Positions 27,316 to 40,965 of a stretch of 64,000 nt of DNA are shown in pieces. Source of the DNA: Eledone cirrhosa (taxonomy: Eukaryota). Position numbers and translations under genes: made by a program. Under the pieces are notes generated by a model that saw only the letters and a list, made by a program, of their open reading frames with translations, did no database searches and had not been told where the DNA came from. The number at the start of each line of letters is the position of its first letter. Position 1 is the first letter of the stretch. Location: contig OZ024755.1 of NCBI GenBank assembly GCA_964016885.1, positions 372,001 to 436,000 of the forward strand, in the 5' to 3' direction.

Positions 27316-29405
27316 ATGTTTAACTTATATATAGATGGTTGCTATTACTTTGATGTGTGTGAATGTATGTATGGAAGAAAGTATTGCATGAAAGATGAAA
27401 GGAGAAAATCCCAAGCAGAATAAGAGAGAGAGACTGAATGAGAGAACGAATGGGAGAGGAGGATGAGAGAAATTAGGAGATCATGTGAGAGAGTGAGAGA
27501 TAGAGAGAGAGTGTGTGAAGGAGAGTGGGAGAAAGAATGGGAGGGGAGGATGAGAGAAAGAATGGGAGAGTAAGAGAGATAGAGAGGGGGAGATAAATAA
27601 AGAAAAATGAAGGATTATGTAATAATGATGAAAGACAGGAAAGATGCACAGCTTGTCCAAAACTATGATGTAAGAGAATATAAAACTAATAATGTATATA
27701 CACACACACATATATATGTACACATACGCATATATAGATATACTCATGCACACACATTTATATACAGTGGCCTTTTAAAATGTTCTTTGTCTACAAGTGA
27801 AAACAAAATACCAAAGTCTTTGCTTTCATTATTTGGCTTATGTCCCAATTGTTCTAAAAATATCACGCCCCCCCCCCCTTTTAATGCAAGCTTTGACAAC
27901 CTTCCCAGGATTAAAAGGAAATGCACCATAGTACGGTGCTGTCATCTAACTTTACTGTGAATCAACATGTTACACTGCTCTCTTATTTTCTTTCATTTAT
28001 TTTTTGACAGTTTACTGGCAAACACACATTGGTTAGTTACGAATATTTCAAACTTCTCCTCTCTCTCAGATATATGTTTCACCCACACAACTTAACGCAA
28101 GGGAAATATATGGACCTCTGTCGGTTTCCATGATCAGTGTTCCAGTTATTCAACTGACAACTGATACAGCCTGGTTGAATGTGGGCCAGTCACCATGGTA
28201 AGGTTGCCATTAGATGGCACTGACCATTTCCCTTGCAGTTCAATGGTGCACCCTCTGATTAAGAAAATAAAAAACTGCAGTGATATACTCCGGAACTTCA
28301 CCTTAGAATTATTGTGAATTAGAGTAGCCATTCCAGAATGTTCTTTCATGTGTTAATACCTTTATTGTATTGATTGTTCTCTTACATTGTCTTTTTCTTG
28401 TTGACTTTATATATATATAATGTAAATAATATTTTTAATGTTCTGCTTGCTTCTATGTTTTTTTTTGTTTTGATTTTTAGCAAGATATTAAAAATGTTGT
28501 ATCCTCCATACCATTATCTGTACAAGGGCACTATGTTTTTGATATTTTCACACAAAATTTTCATTGACCGGTTATAGTGCAGTGAATCGATACTTTCTAT
28601 CTCAGTATAATCTCATTTGTATATGTCATCACACACACATTATATATATATGCAGCATTCTTTATAATAAATAAAAGTGTTGTCGCTACATTTTCTTATA
28701 ACGGGTGTAAAGTAGTATACTAGTATGAATATAATTTATAAATATATGAATGTAAGTTAAAGGGAAAGAAGAAAAAATACCACCTAAGTGAAACTTCTAA
28801 TATTGTATTCAGATAAAATACTATATCATTACATGTATACTCCATTAATAATAAAAACAATAGTCTACTTTTTACCTTTTTACAAGATGGATTGTCTTTA
28901 CAATTTTCAAAACCAAAACCTCCCATGAAGCATTCTCTTGGTGTCCAGTTTATCAAAAGTATTTCTAATAACTAGAATTTCTATATATTTAGAATTTCTG
29001 GGAAAGAATCTCATAACTACGAGAAGTTCCAACCTATTGTTCTTATCTTTTTATTAATAAAGTGAGAATTCTAGTAAGATAGGTATTTATCAAGCGCCAT
29101 GAATTTACCATCTATATCTAAGTTCATTTACTTGCTTTCTCATTTTCTTTGTCTATTTATATATATAAAGTAAGAATTGATCTTTTACCAACTTTCTGTA
29201 AATTTATTCACTTACTTTCAGATCTTTGTCATTGCAATATATATATAATATATACGCATGGTATTTGGATACATTTTGTCTAGACAGTTTAATTATTGTG
29301 TGTATATGCGTGTGTATAGCTCTGGAAATGTGTTATTTGCAAATAAAAATGTTATGACTTTTACACAGATAATACATTACAGTTAATGTTGGAAAACGTA
29401 AGTAC

Positions 29406-29498
29406 CTGTTTGTCCATAGGCAAAAATACAGCCATTATAACCCTCATACGCCAGCTTCAAAATATCTCGTCCTAGACATTCAAATACTTTTGCTTGGC
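29406..29498 (-). CDS. KIF13: KIF13-like exon ((C)[30 protein letters not shown](G))
   Basis: tatttcag|GC CAA GCA...GGA CAA ACA G|gtactt. 93 nt, phase 1 to 1. Encodes [13 protein letters not shown], the first half of the kinesin P-loop. Confidence 0.95.
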
Positions 29499-30067
29499 CT
29501 GAAATATACAAATAACATATAAGATATGAAATATTCATATATGTAAATATAATAAAATCAATATATATGGGAGAAGGTTGAATTTCCTCATAAAGTGTAC
29601 AGTCAAAGGATTTTGGTAACATTTTCAAATGGAATTCATAAAAGAATAATAATTAAATGTTCAACTCCACTCATATAGAAATTATTATTTTATGAAGGAG
29701 AAGAACTTAAATTATAAATACACAGAGCAAAACATATATTTTTTTCTTTTCAACTCCTTTTATTCTGGATATAAAATCTTTAATAAATATTTTCCAATTT
29801 ATCAGTCAATCAACAAGCAGATTCAAATTATAGAAAATTTATTAAAATCCACGAATGGCAATTTTTATAGAGGATTAGTTATGATAACCAAATTAATTAA
29901 AATTTGTTATGATTAGCAAAGCCCACTCCATCTAATTATGGTAAATTGGAAGAGTTGTTGAAACATCAGATTTAAATGTCATGAATCAACGGAAAAGTGC
30001 ATAGGCTGACCAAGATACTCTCGTGGAATAACCAAATGAGGTTTATTTTTCAACATAGTATTCAAAT

Positions 30068-30212
30068 TAAGAATACTATAGTTTACTATAGGAGAGTTAA
30101 GGACACTATAGTTTACTATAGGAGAGTTAAGGACACTATAGTTTACTATAGGAGAGCTAAGGACACTATAGTTTACTATAGGAGAGCTAAGGACACTATA
30201 GTTTCCTATAGG
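30068..30212. repeat. 30-bp tandem repeat, about 5 copies
   Basis: Unit ttaaggacactatagtttactataggagag. Confidence 0.93.
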
Positions 30213-33200
30213 ACAAATCTAGATTTTTAACTGTCATTGCATGTGCAAACTAATAAAAATTAATTAGCTACATTGGAAGTTGGTAGGAAACTCTCAGGAG
30301 AGTTTCTTATCATTGTCATAAAGCTTGTTCTTTTGTTTATATAATTTCACCATGAAGAAAGATGAACATGACTATAGCTATCACTTCAAATATTGTGTTC
30401 TCCTCAACAACTAATAACCTTACTCTTAACTTATACTGTGAAATTGTATTTAAGGAGCATTCCTCCTCTCTTTTCAAATTAATTCATTACATTCTATTCA
30501 TCTATCATTTATATATTCTATCGTGTATATCAAATTATGCAGCATTTAATGTAATCAGACAAATAAGAAATCTTCCACTGAACATCAGTTTGTTAAGAAT
30601 CTGTAGTAACAAAGATAGTAACGCAGTGTCAACATGGCACAAGACATTGTACTATAACCATATATAAGGACTAAACACTGTAACACATTGTGATCATGAC
30701 ACAAGATATAATAGGTATTGCGGTGTGGCCATATTGAAGGAGTGAAGACGATATCAGACTACTAAAGTTTTGTAATATAAATGGATATATTTTCTACAAC
30801 CAGCCAGCTAATTATCATTTACTTAGCGGGGATGAGAGCTAGATGGACCTTGAAATGAGATAGACAAATAGTAACAAATATGATGGAGAGGTTGATGAGT
30901 TCAATTTAAAAGCAAAAGTAGGTGTTGCCTTGGTTACCTTAACTGGGAAAATCAATGTGTGGGAAGTTGAAAGATGTCCCTGGCTGGAGAAATAAAGAGA
31001 GGAAAAAACCTCCAGCTGGACAGTTCTAAGGAAACTAGGCTGGAAACTCCCTAATTGGACATAAATGATTTTCGTACATATGAGTCTTAAAGAAATAAAC
31101 AACCCAACAATATGGCAATACTGCTTAAGGAACAGCGGCAAGGAACCTTACATTTATGACAATTCTCAAAAATCCTTAGTAAACCTAAACAAATAGCTTA
31201 TTATATAAAAACCTGAATTGCCATGCATTTCTATTGCACAGTAATAGCACCATAACTGCACTGCAACAGTCATACACTTCACTGAAGTGAGAAGCATAGT
31301 ACACAAAAGAATCATTCTTGTAAGGTATTGCAATGCAGTAAAGTTTGAAAAGGTTGTGTGGTTCCTGTTTAATGTAGGGAGACAAGATAGTAAATACTAT
31401 AAAATACATTAATATACAGCTGCTTTCTAACTGATATTCTCATCAAGGGAATGCACCATTGATGGCACTGAATAGGTCATAGCTTCAAATGCCCTCAACT
31501 GAATCATAATGAATACAAAATGGTTTATTAATGTATTTTTGAAACTCTGAGGCTTTCAGTTGGGAGATCAATAGCTTTTTTTTTTTCTGAATAAATATAG
31601 AATATTGAATACAATGTGTATTGCAACAGTATCCTTTATGTTTAACAGAGATATTGTGAACAATTCAGAAATACTTAAAGTTTTTTAGAAACACTGTTTA
31701 TTATTCATGACATTGTTTAATATAGTTGACCTCATATGTGATTAAAACAAAACATAATTGCAACATTAACAAAGTGTAATTAACTGATTAGTATTTTAAA
31801 CCAAAAGCACACATTTCACAATATTTACAAAATAAGATCAGAAAAAAAAGAAGCTTTTTCTTCTCTCTTTTCTACATGTAATTTAATGTTTAAAAATATC
31901 CTTAAAATAAACTGAATATCTATTTATTAGCAACACATTCCACGCTGATAACAACATCTCTGAAATGAGAACATTAACGACTTAAAATGTAAGCAATTAG
32001 TGAAAACCTCAAAAATAATTTAAAACACAGAAGAAAGGAAATTAACTAAAAGACAGGTTGAAATTGAAACCTGCTATCAGATTGAGCCACCCTTTAAATG
32101 AATTGACAGCTTCAGATTGAAAGAAGTGATAATAATAGTATAAAGTTTTCATCAACTCATACAACTTATTTTACAGTTTATTTTACATGTATTCTTCTAT
32201 ATCAATCATTATCTAATGCTGTGCTGATGTTTAATGCAGTTATATGCACAATACAAGCAACGCTGATCAAAATATATACAAACAAATTAACAAAGTCTTT
32301 TGAAAAAAAATCTAACAAATAAATGCTGAAAATTTTTTCCTTCCCACACATAATTGGAGCTTGTAACAGTAATGTTTTTTTTAGAGTGGATTGCTTGAAA
32401 GGAATGAAAACTTACTTTACCATAAACAAAATGTAATTTATACGTTACAAATACAATTTTAGACAAAACAAAGAAACTACTAACACTACAAAATAAAAGC
32501 AAAAAAAGTAGAACATGATGGTTTAGAAATGAAGAACTAGTAAAGTGACAAAGTATACCATCAAAAGAGATTTAAAAACCTAATGGTTTTACTTTCTATA
32601 GTCTGGACAAACAATAAATGTTGAAATTGTTGTAACAGTTATTCTTGTACAGGTTTTAGTCATAGAGTGTGACCATGATGACGCATTACCTTGAATGAAT
32701 TTACTTGATCATATCGAGCTTGGTACTTATTTTATACTGTTTATTCAGGGGGGAAGGAGAAAAGAGCATTTTCGTGGGGGTGTGCAGTATTCTCAAACTG
32801 AAGGCCTAGTCTAAATGATTTCAGCAGTGGTCTCCTGCTAAAGGCACCCAAAGGGCCAGATGATGGTATTGTATTGGTACTGGTATGATATAGTCCTGTA
32901 ACTCTCGAATTATAGTGGTGCCACGGTGACATACCAGATTTCTTAGACATTTTAAGCCTGGCTTAAGTATGCCACAGTGGGATTTGAACTCACAATACAA
33001 AAGAACTGAAGCCAATACCACAAGCAATCTCTTCTGGTGTTCTGCCATTCCACTGCCAAGGTTTGGTTGCTATATTATGTTATTTGTTATACTTTTCTCT
33101 CTGAGGAAGTATAAAGACAAAGTTGTCCTCAGTGGGAATTGAACTCAGAACTGATAGAAACAGAAGAAATACTGCAACAATTCTGCTAGTTTGCTACCTG

Positions 33201-35172
33201 AAGATGACAAGAGACAACATAAAGTGACAATACAAATAACTGTGAAGCCATGTAGTTTAGAGTATAGATGAAAAAATAGGAAGGTGATGGCTGTGCTGAC
33301 ATGTTCTACTATAATGATGATGACAGTAACAATGGTAATTATTATGCTGACGTTAACAATAACAACAACACAGTTATAATGAAAAGGTATTGTCTGTTTG
33401 CAATACTTAACAGCAACGTGTGAACAAGATTTCACTGCAGTCAATACAATATAATTTAACACAATTGTTAACTGTAAAATTTATTTTCAGTAAATAAATA
33501 AAAAAATAAATAAAAAGAAAAACAATTGAAATATTTCATCTTTTTTATTTTTTACCATAACACGTTAAGGCCATCGTGAAATAAGGTAACTTTACTGCGT
33601 AAATATGTTTATTAAAAAAAATTAAATTTAACCTAAGGCCTTTATCTCTATTTTAATGAAATGGAAATGAAAATGATAACATTTTCAGACATTCTCAACA
33701 CTTTAACCTAACTTTTTACTGAAATGAAACTCAGATTATCATGAATGATCTTTACAATATCTATAAAATCAAATGCATTTTTATCTCTTTTTTATTTTAC
33801 ATTTCATTCAATATTGGCTATTTCATTGATTAATCAATCAGTCTAGATCTAGAAACTTATGTTAGAAACTGATACTGCTATTCCACCAATCAATGAACAA
33901 TAACAGATTTTAGCAGGAAGTTATATTGTGGTGAGGATAAGGAAAAAACTGTAGTTTGGCAGCAACACGTCTGGAGAGACAAATAAAACATGATCTTGTT
34001 TACAAGATTTTCCTGCCAGTCAATGAAGGCAAATAGTGTTTCAGTGTTTATGTTAGTTACTTCATCACTTTACACAGTTGATGGTTTAATAACAACAACA
34101 TTATATAAACTACTGCAATCACTGAATTCTATTATCCCCACTAACCTCCTTCACAGCAGAATTTACTCTTATCAAGATGTGAACAGTATCTTATTTGAAA
34201 TGGTATCAATAGATGAATTATTTCAAGTTAAATTTTGCTATTTTACTCTTGGTTTTATAATTAAACTACATCTATTTCTGATATGAAGAATTTCATTAAA
34301 AGGCAATGAAAATAGTTTCTTAGATTTACAAACTTAAGTAAAATGGATTTCCTAATAAGGTCTGTGTATGTATTTCTGGTTCAAAATAGGTATACTGTAT
34401 CATCCACAAAAATGCTGTGGAAGTATTAGGCTGCAATTGTCTGAATTGTCCACCAATACAAACATCACAATAGCTATTTTTAATGAGTGCTTGGCTGTTC
34501 CAGCTCCTCAGTCACCATCCCATAAAATGTTGTGGAAGTATTGGGTTGCAATTGTCTGAACTGTCCACCAATAGAAACATTACAATGACTACTTTTAATC
34601 TGTGAGGTGGTCCTTATTAGTATGCCATAAAATAAAATTCTTCACTTCAACAGTTAATCTGTTGTTGAATATTAGATGTTAGCTCAAGACCACAAAAACA
34701 GGTGAAACTAGTCAGTAATTTAATCAATTACTTTCACATTCAATAAATCCAAGAGTACAAATGGAATGTCCAACACTCTGGGTTGTGTTCAGCAAGAGAA
34801 ATTAAGTTAAATAAGCATTAGTAATAGTGATTACTAGAACAGATATGACGACAAGCTAAATAGATTATTGATAACTTCTGCCTGGAACATTAGTTACTGC
34901 AGTAACAATAGCAATAAATGATGTTGGTGAGGTGGTGGAGGAGGAGCTGAAAATATGCTGTTTAAATATTGAATCAATAATTTTTGCTATGAGAGATGGG
35001 TGTTGCATGGCTCCTAATTTTTTTTTTTTTCCTCTGGGTGCGGCCTCAATCTTTTTTGTTATTAATGAACACAATTTTTAATGAGAAAGCAAAATGGTGG
35101 GTTATTTTGTGTCTTAATACATTTACAGGGAACCAGACTCATTAATATTGTTGATTACACAAAAATAATAAT

Positions 35173-35575
35173 TGTTTCTACTCTTGGCACAAGGCCAGCA
35201 ATTACCCAGCGCATTACTGGTATTTTATTTTATCGACCCCGTAAGGATGAAAAGCAAAGTTAATCTCGGCGGGATTTGAACTCGGAATGGCAAGGACCAT
35301 AACTCTATACGCTAAAGCATGGCGTCCGACTCTCTACCGATACTGCCAATCCATAAAAATAATAATGGTCTCCGATTTGGAGGAGAGGAAAATCGATTAA
35401 ATCAACCCCAGTGTGTTACTGGTACTTTATTTTATCACCCACCCACTCACCCCCACCCCTGTAGACATGAAAGGCAAAGCTAACCTCAGTCAGATTTGAA
35501 CTCAGAACTTAAAGGGCCATAACTCTATACAGTAAAATGTATGACGCTCTACTGATTACTGCCAACCCACCACTC
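35173..35575 (-). mobile_element. Two tandem family A SINEs
   Basis: 35173-35354 flanked by aaaaataataat direct repeats; second copy at about 35367-35575. Confidence 0.82.
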
Positions 35576-36661
35576 TTACTTCGCTAAAATAATAATGATC
35601 TATTTTATATCCTGGCCCTAAAGAGGAGCAGTTAATAATATTGGTTGTGGTGGTGGTAGCAGCAATTCCAAAATGTTGGGGCATAGTGTGAGAGAGGGGG
35701 TGAAGAGGAAGGAGATGAGAGGGAGAAAGAGAGGGTGAGGATAGTGTAAAGAAGCTGGAAGAAAGAGGGGAGGCAAGGTAGGGCAGAGAGAGAGAGAGAG
35801 AGAGAGAGAGATGGTCATAGTGGTGGTGTCATTAATGCCTGAATTTTTCTTTTTAAATCTTAAAAATAAAAACAATATATTATTAAAAAAACTAAAAAAC
35901 TCAATAGAAACAATCTCAGCGATTTTAACGTAGACTTTATTTTGTTCTATGTTTGCTAAGCAGGAATTCTAATAATGGATTAGATTTATATTTCATGGGA
36001 ACATATCAGCTGACATATGTCTAAAGGCAGGATAAAATACTTAATGTACTGAAGTTTTTTAGTTACATTTAGTATGAAATGATCGTATAAATACATACAC
36101 ACCACATAGACTCATGTATAGGTGACACTTTTCTCAAAGTAAATAAAAAAATCTATAGAAACCATCTTGGCAGAGCTGTTCTGCTAGAGATGGGTCACAA
36201 GTGGCAGATACAGCAATACAGCCACCATAGATGATGGTTAATTGTGATATATGTGGGGCCCTGCTGGATGAATAAGCATCCCCGGACCATCAGTGGTACA
36301 AGCAGAGATGGAGCAATGGTTGACACTTAGCTCCCAAGAAAACTCTCACAACCCAGAGATATAGCTATGATGAGGCAAGTAAAGGGCTGCCTCTAAAAAA
36401 GCCACCAAAATACTACAATGTGATTGGAAATGGTTGCTTCTGACAGGACATGATTAAGGACTCTGCTCCCCCTTGACCCTCCCAGAAATAAGTGGGCAAA
36501 GAAGAAGACATAGAAACATGTGACTCACGTGATTTTGTGAAACCTACAAAATCATATGAGAGTCGAGTACTGAACCAACAACATTGTATGCAAAATAGGG
36601 GCAGTGACATATTTCCTAGTGCAACAATTACACAGTTTAAAAAAAATATAGAACTACTTAC

Positions 36662-36719
36662 AAACAAATTTAGGGTCCTTCTCATCCATTGACCAAAAAC
36701 AATGATCAAATGCAAAAGT
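36662..36719 (-). CDS. KIF13: Kinesin-3 KIF13A/B-like, motor-domain exon (TFAFDHCFWSMDEKDPKFV)
   Basis: Minus strand reads tttcag|ACT TTT GCA TTT GAT CAT TGT TTT TGG TCA ATG GAT...TTT GTT T|gtaagt. 58 nt, phase 0 to 1. The FAFDHCFWS motif is typical of KIF13/Khc-73. This frame is absent from the ORF track. Confidence 0.92.
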
Positions 36720-36828
36720 CTGAAATTATAAAAGAGAACAATGAATTAACAAACAACAACAACAACGATAATAATAATAATAATAATAGTAACAATAATA
36801 ATAATGATAGTAACAATAATAATAATAA

Positions 36829-37030
36829 TGCTTTCTTTATTAACCCCAAGGGTTTACACAAAGTAGACATTAAGGACAGTACAGGACAATACAGGAGGGG
36901 ACAAAAGGGCATTTCTGCATGTAAAAAAACAAAAAACAGAGGATGTAATAATAGAACAATGAAAAAATTCCCCAATAGGGGGGAGTCTTCCGAGGGACAT
37001 TCGTGGAGAAAGCCCATTAAAAAGCCACAG
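36829..37030 (-). mobile_element. Non-LTR retrotransposon 3' end (L1/Tx1-like) within (AAT)n
   Basis: Minus strand ends with the hairpin aaccc-ttg-gggtt, AATAAA and (ATT)n; agtaacaataataataat on both sides. Confidence 0.45.
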
Positions 37031-37431
37031 TAACAATAATAATAATAGTAACAATAATAATAATAATAGTTATAACAAACAAAAATTTAAAGTGACAGGA
37101 ATTTTGTATCATTATTTCTTTACTCATGCTAACAACGTTAAATGGAATTGGTAATGTAGTATAACAGAATGTCACATCTGATTAAACTGATGAGAAAATC
37201 CTAATTAAATTTAGATTAAATCCAACAGAATTATTGTACTGAAGAGGAAAGGAAGAGTGAAAAGTTATACTAACTTTTAATACATTACTCTCATGATACC
37301 AACGAGATTTTAAACCAGAGTTGCTTTAGGTTAGAATTAATGAAAATATATACTCAAAAGTTTTAAGATTCCAATCTTCTACTGGTAATATTTGTGAGAA
37401 GGAGTTGTAGTGTTATTTAGTATATACAGCC

Positions 37432-37566
37432 AGTGTTGGACTTATCTATAAGCTTATATTATAGCTTAGAGTCACACCCCCTCGGGGACCTTAGTGTAGT
37501 CAGTGTTGGACTTATCTATAAGCTAAATATGTTATAGCTTAGAGTCACACCCCCTTGGGGGCCTTA
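37432..37566. repeat. Tandem duplication of about 70 bp
   Basis: cagtgttggacttatctataagct...ttatagcttagagtcacaccccct occurs twice. Confidence 0.85.
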
Positions 37567-37629
37567 TGTTTTAAAATATACTTTTATCATTAGTTTTTAT
37601 TCTTTAACACAAATTATATATATGTATGC

Positions 37630-37683
<54 letters not shown>

Positions 37684-37684
<1 letters not shown>

Positions 37685-38100
37685 GATTGTATGATGCTTG
37701 TATACGAACAGCAATGCTACATGGCAGTGAGACATGGGCATTACGTGCAGAGGACCTGCGCAGACTGGAAAGGAATGAAGCATGTATGCTCCGTTGGATG
37801 TGTAATACTTGAACGGCAAAGCATAAATGAACTAAGTGAGAAATTAGGAATAAGAGGGATCAGATGCTGTTTACTTGAGAGAAGACTACGTTGGTATGGC
37901 CACGTGATGCGCATGAAAGACGACAGCTGCATAAAAAAGTGCAGGGCGATCGAAATTGATGGTAGTTACGGAGTAGGTAGACCCAGAAAAACCTGGGACG
38001 ATCTGATAAATTCCGACCTTACACACTTGCACCTCTCTAAGACAATGTCACTGGACTGAGATCTTTGGCGCTATGCAGTAATACAGAAGACCCGCCTTGG
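37684..38100 (+). mobile_element. RTE LINE ORF2 3' fragment
   Basis: RRLRWYGHVMRM...GRPRKTWDD, homologous to 51930-52320. Confidence 0.85.
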
Positions 38101-38339
38101 CTATGTACAAAGCAAAACCTACAGCCAGTAGGCACCTCTTAACTAAATATACACCCCAATCCACAACCCCTACCATATCCTCCCAATCCTACCAACACCA
38201 CCCTCTCTCTATAAAGTTGATACCACAGCATCCAGTCCAAATAAATGAGATAATGAGATCGAGATCGAGATTGTGTAGGTGTCACGAGAAATAACACACA
38301 GTCCACGCTGTAATGTGGCCGTGTAGGTAACACGGTAAA

Positions 38340-38533
38340 AAGTTCCCAGTTCCACACTGTAAATGTGGTTGGTGTTAGGAAGGGCATCCAGCCGTAGAAA
38401 ACCTGCCAGATAGTCCTATATGAGCGAGATATGGTCACCCGACCAACCTTGCCTCAATGGGACAACTCCCGTCTAACCCATGCTAGCGTGGAAGATAGAC
38501 TTTAAACGAAGATGATGATGATGATGAAGATGA
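38340..38533 (+). mobile_element. SINE 3' half with RTE-type tail (related copies about 23700-23790, 44695-44862, 57945-58130)
   Basis: ggtgttaggaagggcatccagc...gtctaacccatgctagcgtggaa...(GAT)n. Confidence 0.7.
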
Positions 38534-38964
38534 TATATATTAGAAAGAGTCAGAGCCCGATGGCTGAGCTCTTGCCATTTCCACAGCTGGTTCCAACCTG
38601 AGTTCTAATCTGGAATTAGGTGTTGAAATGGCAAGAGCTCAGGTGTCATCATCATCATTAACATCCTCATCATTTAATATTTACTTTCCCTGTTAGCAAG
38701 GGTTGGATTTTAAAAATGCAGGAGTGTGTAAATAACTCCTCATAAAACAAACTAAACAATATAAACAAAGACTTCAAACGTTAATTAATTAATTAAAACA
38801 ATTAATGAAAAACATGTCAAACCACTTGACTTTGATGAGAACTTAGAGCTTCATTATAAGTTCATGTATAATAATGACTGCCACAACTATAATTAAAGGT
38901 GACTTCTAAATTAGGTAAAAAATAAATCAATTAAATTCACTTTAACACTTGACTAAAAAAAAGT

Positions 38965-39250
38965 GTCTAAAGTCTGTGTTGAGCCCGGAGGAGACTCATC
39001 AGAATGGTACTTATCCCAGTTTCTGTGGTGTGAAGCAACTGAGAGTACAAGACTTTCCCCTGGACAGGACACCAGTCCATTGCAGAGTTAAACCTCCAGC
39101 TACTACTGGTACTCATTTTCAACCAAGTATTTTGAGCAACGTAAAATGAAGTGTTTTGCTCAATAACACAACACACAACCCAGTCAAAGAATCAAACCCA
39201 TGCCATTATGATTGTAAGTCCAACACCCTTACCACTAGGCCACATTACTC
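38965..39250 (-). mobile_element. tRNA-derived SINE, family C (head related to family B, different 3' part)
   Basis: Minus strand begins tggagtaatgtggcctagtggtaagg (A box), then gggtttgattc (B-box-like) and ttgagcaaaacacttc core. Confidence 0.7.
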
Positions 39251-40043
39251 CACCTGACAGGTTAGTAGTTATTGTGGTGGAGTGGAATGGCAGTATCAGT
39301 AGAATGTTGGACAACATACTGTATGTGAAGGTAAGTCTGGACAACAGAATGAGATGATCCATTCAATTCATGCCAGCATGGATGACGAACATAACATGAT
39401 GATGCTGATATACATTCATCTACAGACATACACACATATACATACAAACATCTCTATGTATACACACACTCCTACATACACAGATATAGATACATACAGC
39501 TAAATATACAGACACATTCACATACATCTATATACATACACACAGATAGATAGACACACGGATCATTCACATACACCTCTATATACACACATACACATAC
39601 ATATGTATACACATGTACATACATATGTTGTAAACATAGAGGAAAGTAGCTGATATATAACACAATATACCGTTTATAAGATTTGATTGAAGACTTCTAG
39701 GTCATATTTTGCAGTATTTCACTTTTCACTGATTCATTATTGTCAGTATATTCCCACAACAGTAAACTGTATGTTGGTGTAGGGGGAAACAGAAAAAGAT
39801 TAAAGCATTAATAATGCTAAAGTGTAGCAAAAATTCTCTCAGCTTCCATGCTTATACATATAGTAGCTTAAGATTTATCATCATCACCATCATCATCGCT
39901 GTCTATGTAGCATACATTTTTCAGAGCATAGCTTCTCTCACATTTGCACAATAGCATTTGCATCCTGCTGTTTGTGTGAGTGAGTGTGTGTGTAGGTGTG
40001 TGTGTCTGTGTGTAGGTGATAGATTAAACAAATGAGATTGTTA

Positions 40044-40297
40044 TTAACCCTTTGATACCAAACAGCTTCAAATTACTCCTGGTTCTATGATACAAAGCTG
40101 TTTAATTTATGAGCTTATATTTTTCTAAAACCCTATCATAATTTTGTGTAAGAACCCTTTAAGTTATGTTCCGAACAACAACTTAATAATGAGAAAGTGA
40201 GACATACCACCAAATCCTTCTAAATTCTGGATTATTTTTCAAAATGATTTGAAAATCATAGGTTGTGTCATTAGAAATATGGTAACAAAATAGTTAA
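40044..40297. mobile_element. piggyBac-like MITE, well-preserved copy
   Basis: TTAAccctttgatacca ... tggtaacaaaatagTTAA. Confidence 0.75.
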
Positions 40298-40710
40298 TCT
40301 TAATATTCACAGAATTTGAACTGAGAATATGAAGCAATGTGAAAGAGGTACACACTAACAATTTCACCAATCCACTGCTCCTGGACTCGAATTTTATCAA
40401 GGAAGAAAGGTAAAGTTGCCCTCCACAGGATGTGAACGCACTCACAGTGCCAGAACAATTATTTCATCATAACTTCAATTAATTTTTTTTTAAATACCTC
40501 AACAAGTAAGAGTTCCAATGGAACCAGTACAGTGCATTAAAAAATGTCCAATTATATGTAATTAGAAATTAGAAATATGTAAATATACTCTAATTAGTAA
40601 CCATTATAGTTTCTGTAAATAGAAGGTATAATATAGAAAAAGTCCACAGAAAAGAGTACTTATACACTACGTTCATAGTTCCTAAGAATAGAATGAAAAA
40701 AAATATTTCT

Positions 40711-40957
40711 TTAACCCTTTCATGACCAAATTTCTCATGCAATACCCCACTTATATATTTCAATTCAATTCTTTTCTAAATAATTTTTTTAAATTGGGAA
40801 GAATTTAATAAAAATAAATAATTTTGTAATTTATTAAGTGTACAAATAGAACATAAATCTATGATGTGTGGGTAATTTCAATATGAATAGTTTAAAATGA
40901 GAAGTTTTGTATGAAAACCAGAAGTTGTCTCAGGTGAGTTGGTGTGAAAAGATCTAA
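40711..40957. mobile_element. piggyBac-like MITE, opposite orientation to the 40044 copy
   Basis: TTAAcccttt start; internal match to the family. Confidence 0.6.
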
Positions 40958-40965
40958 TAGGCTAG

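Noticed and set aside
28720-29060. Possible Penelope ORF remnant
   Set aside because: No recognisable RT or GIY-YIG motif could be read with confidence.
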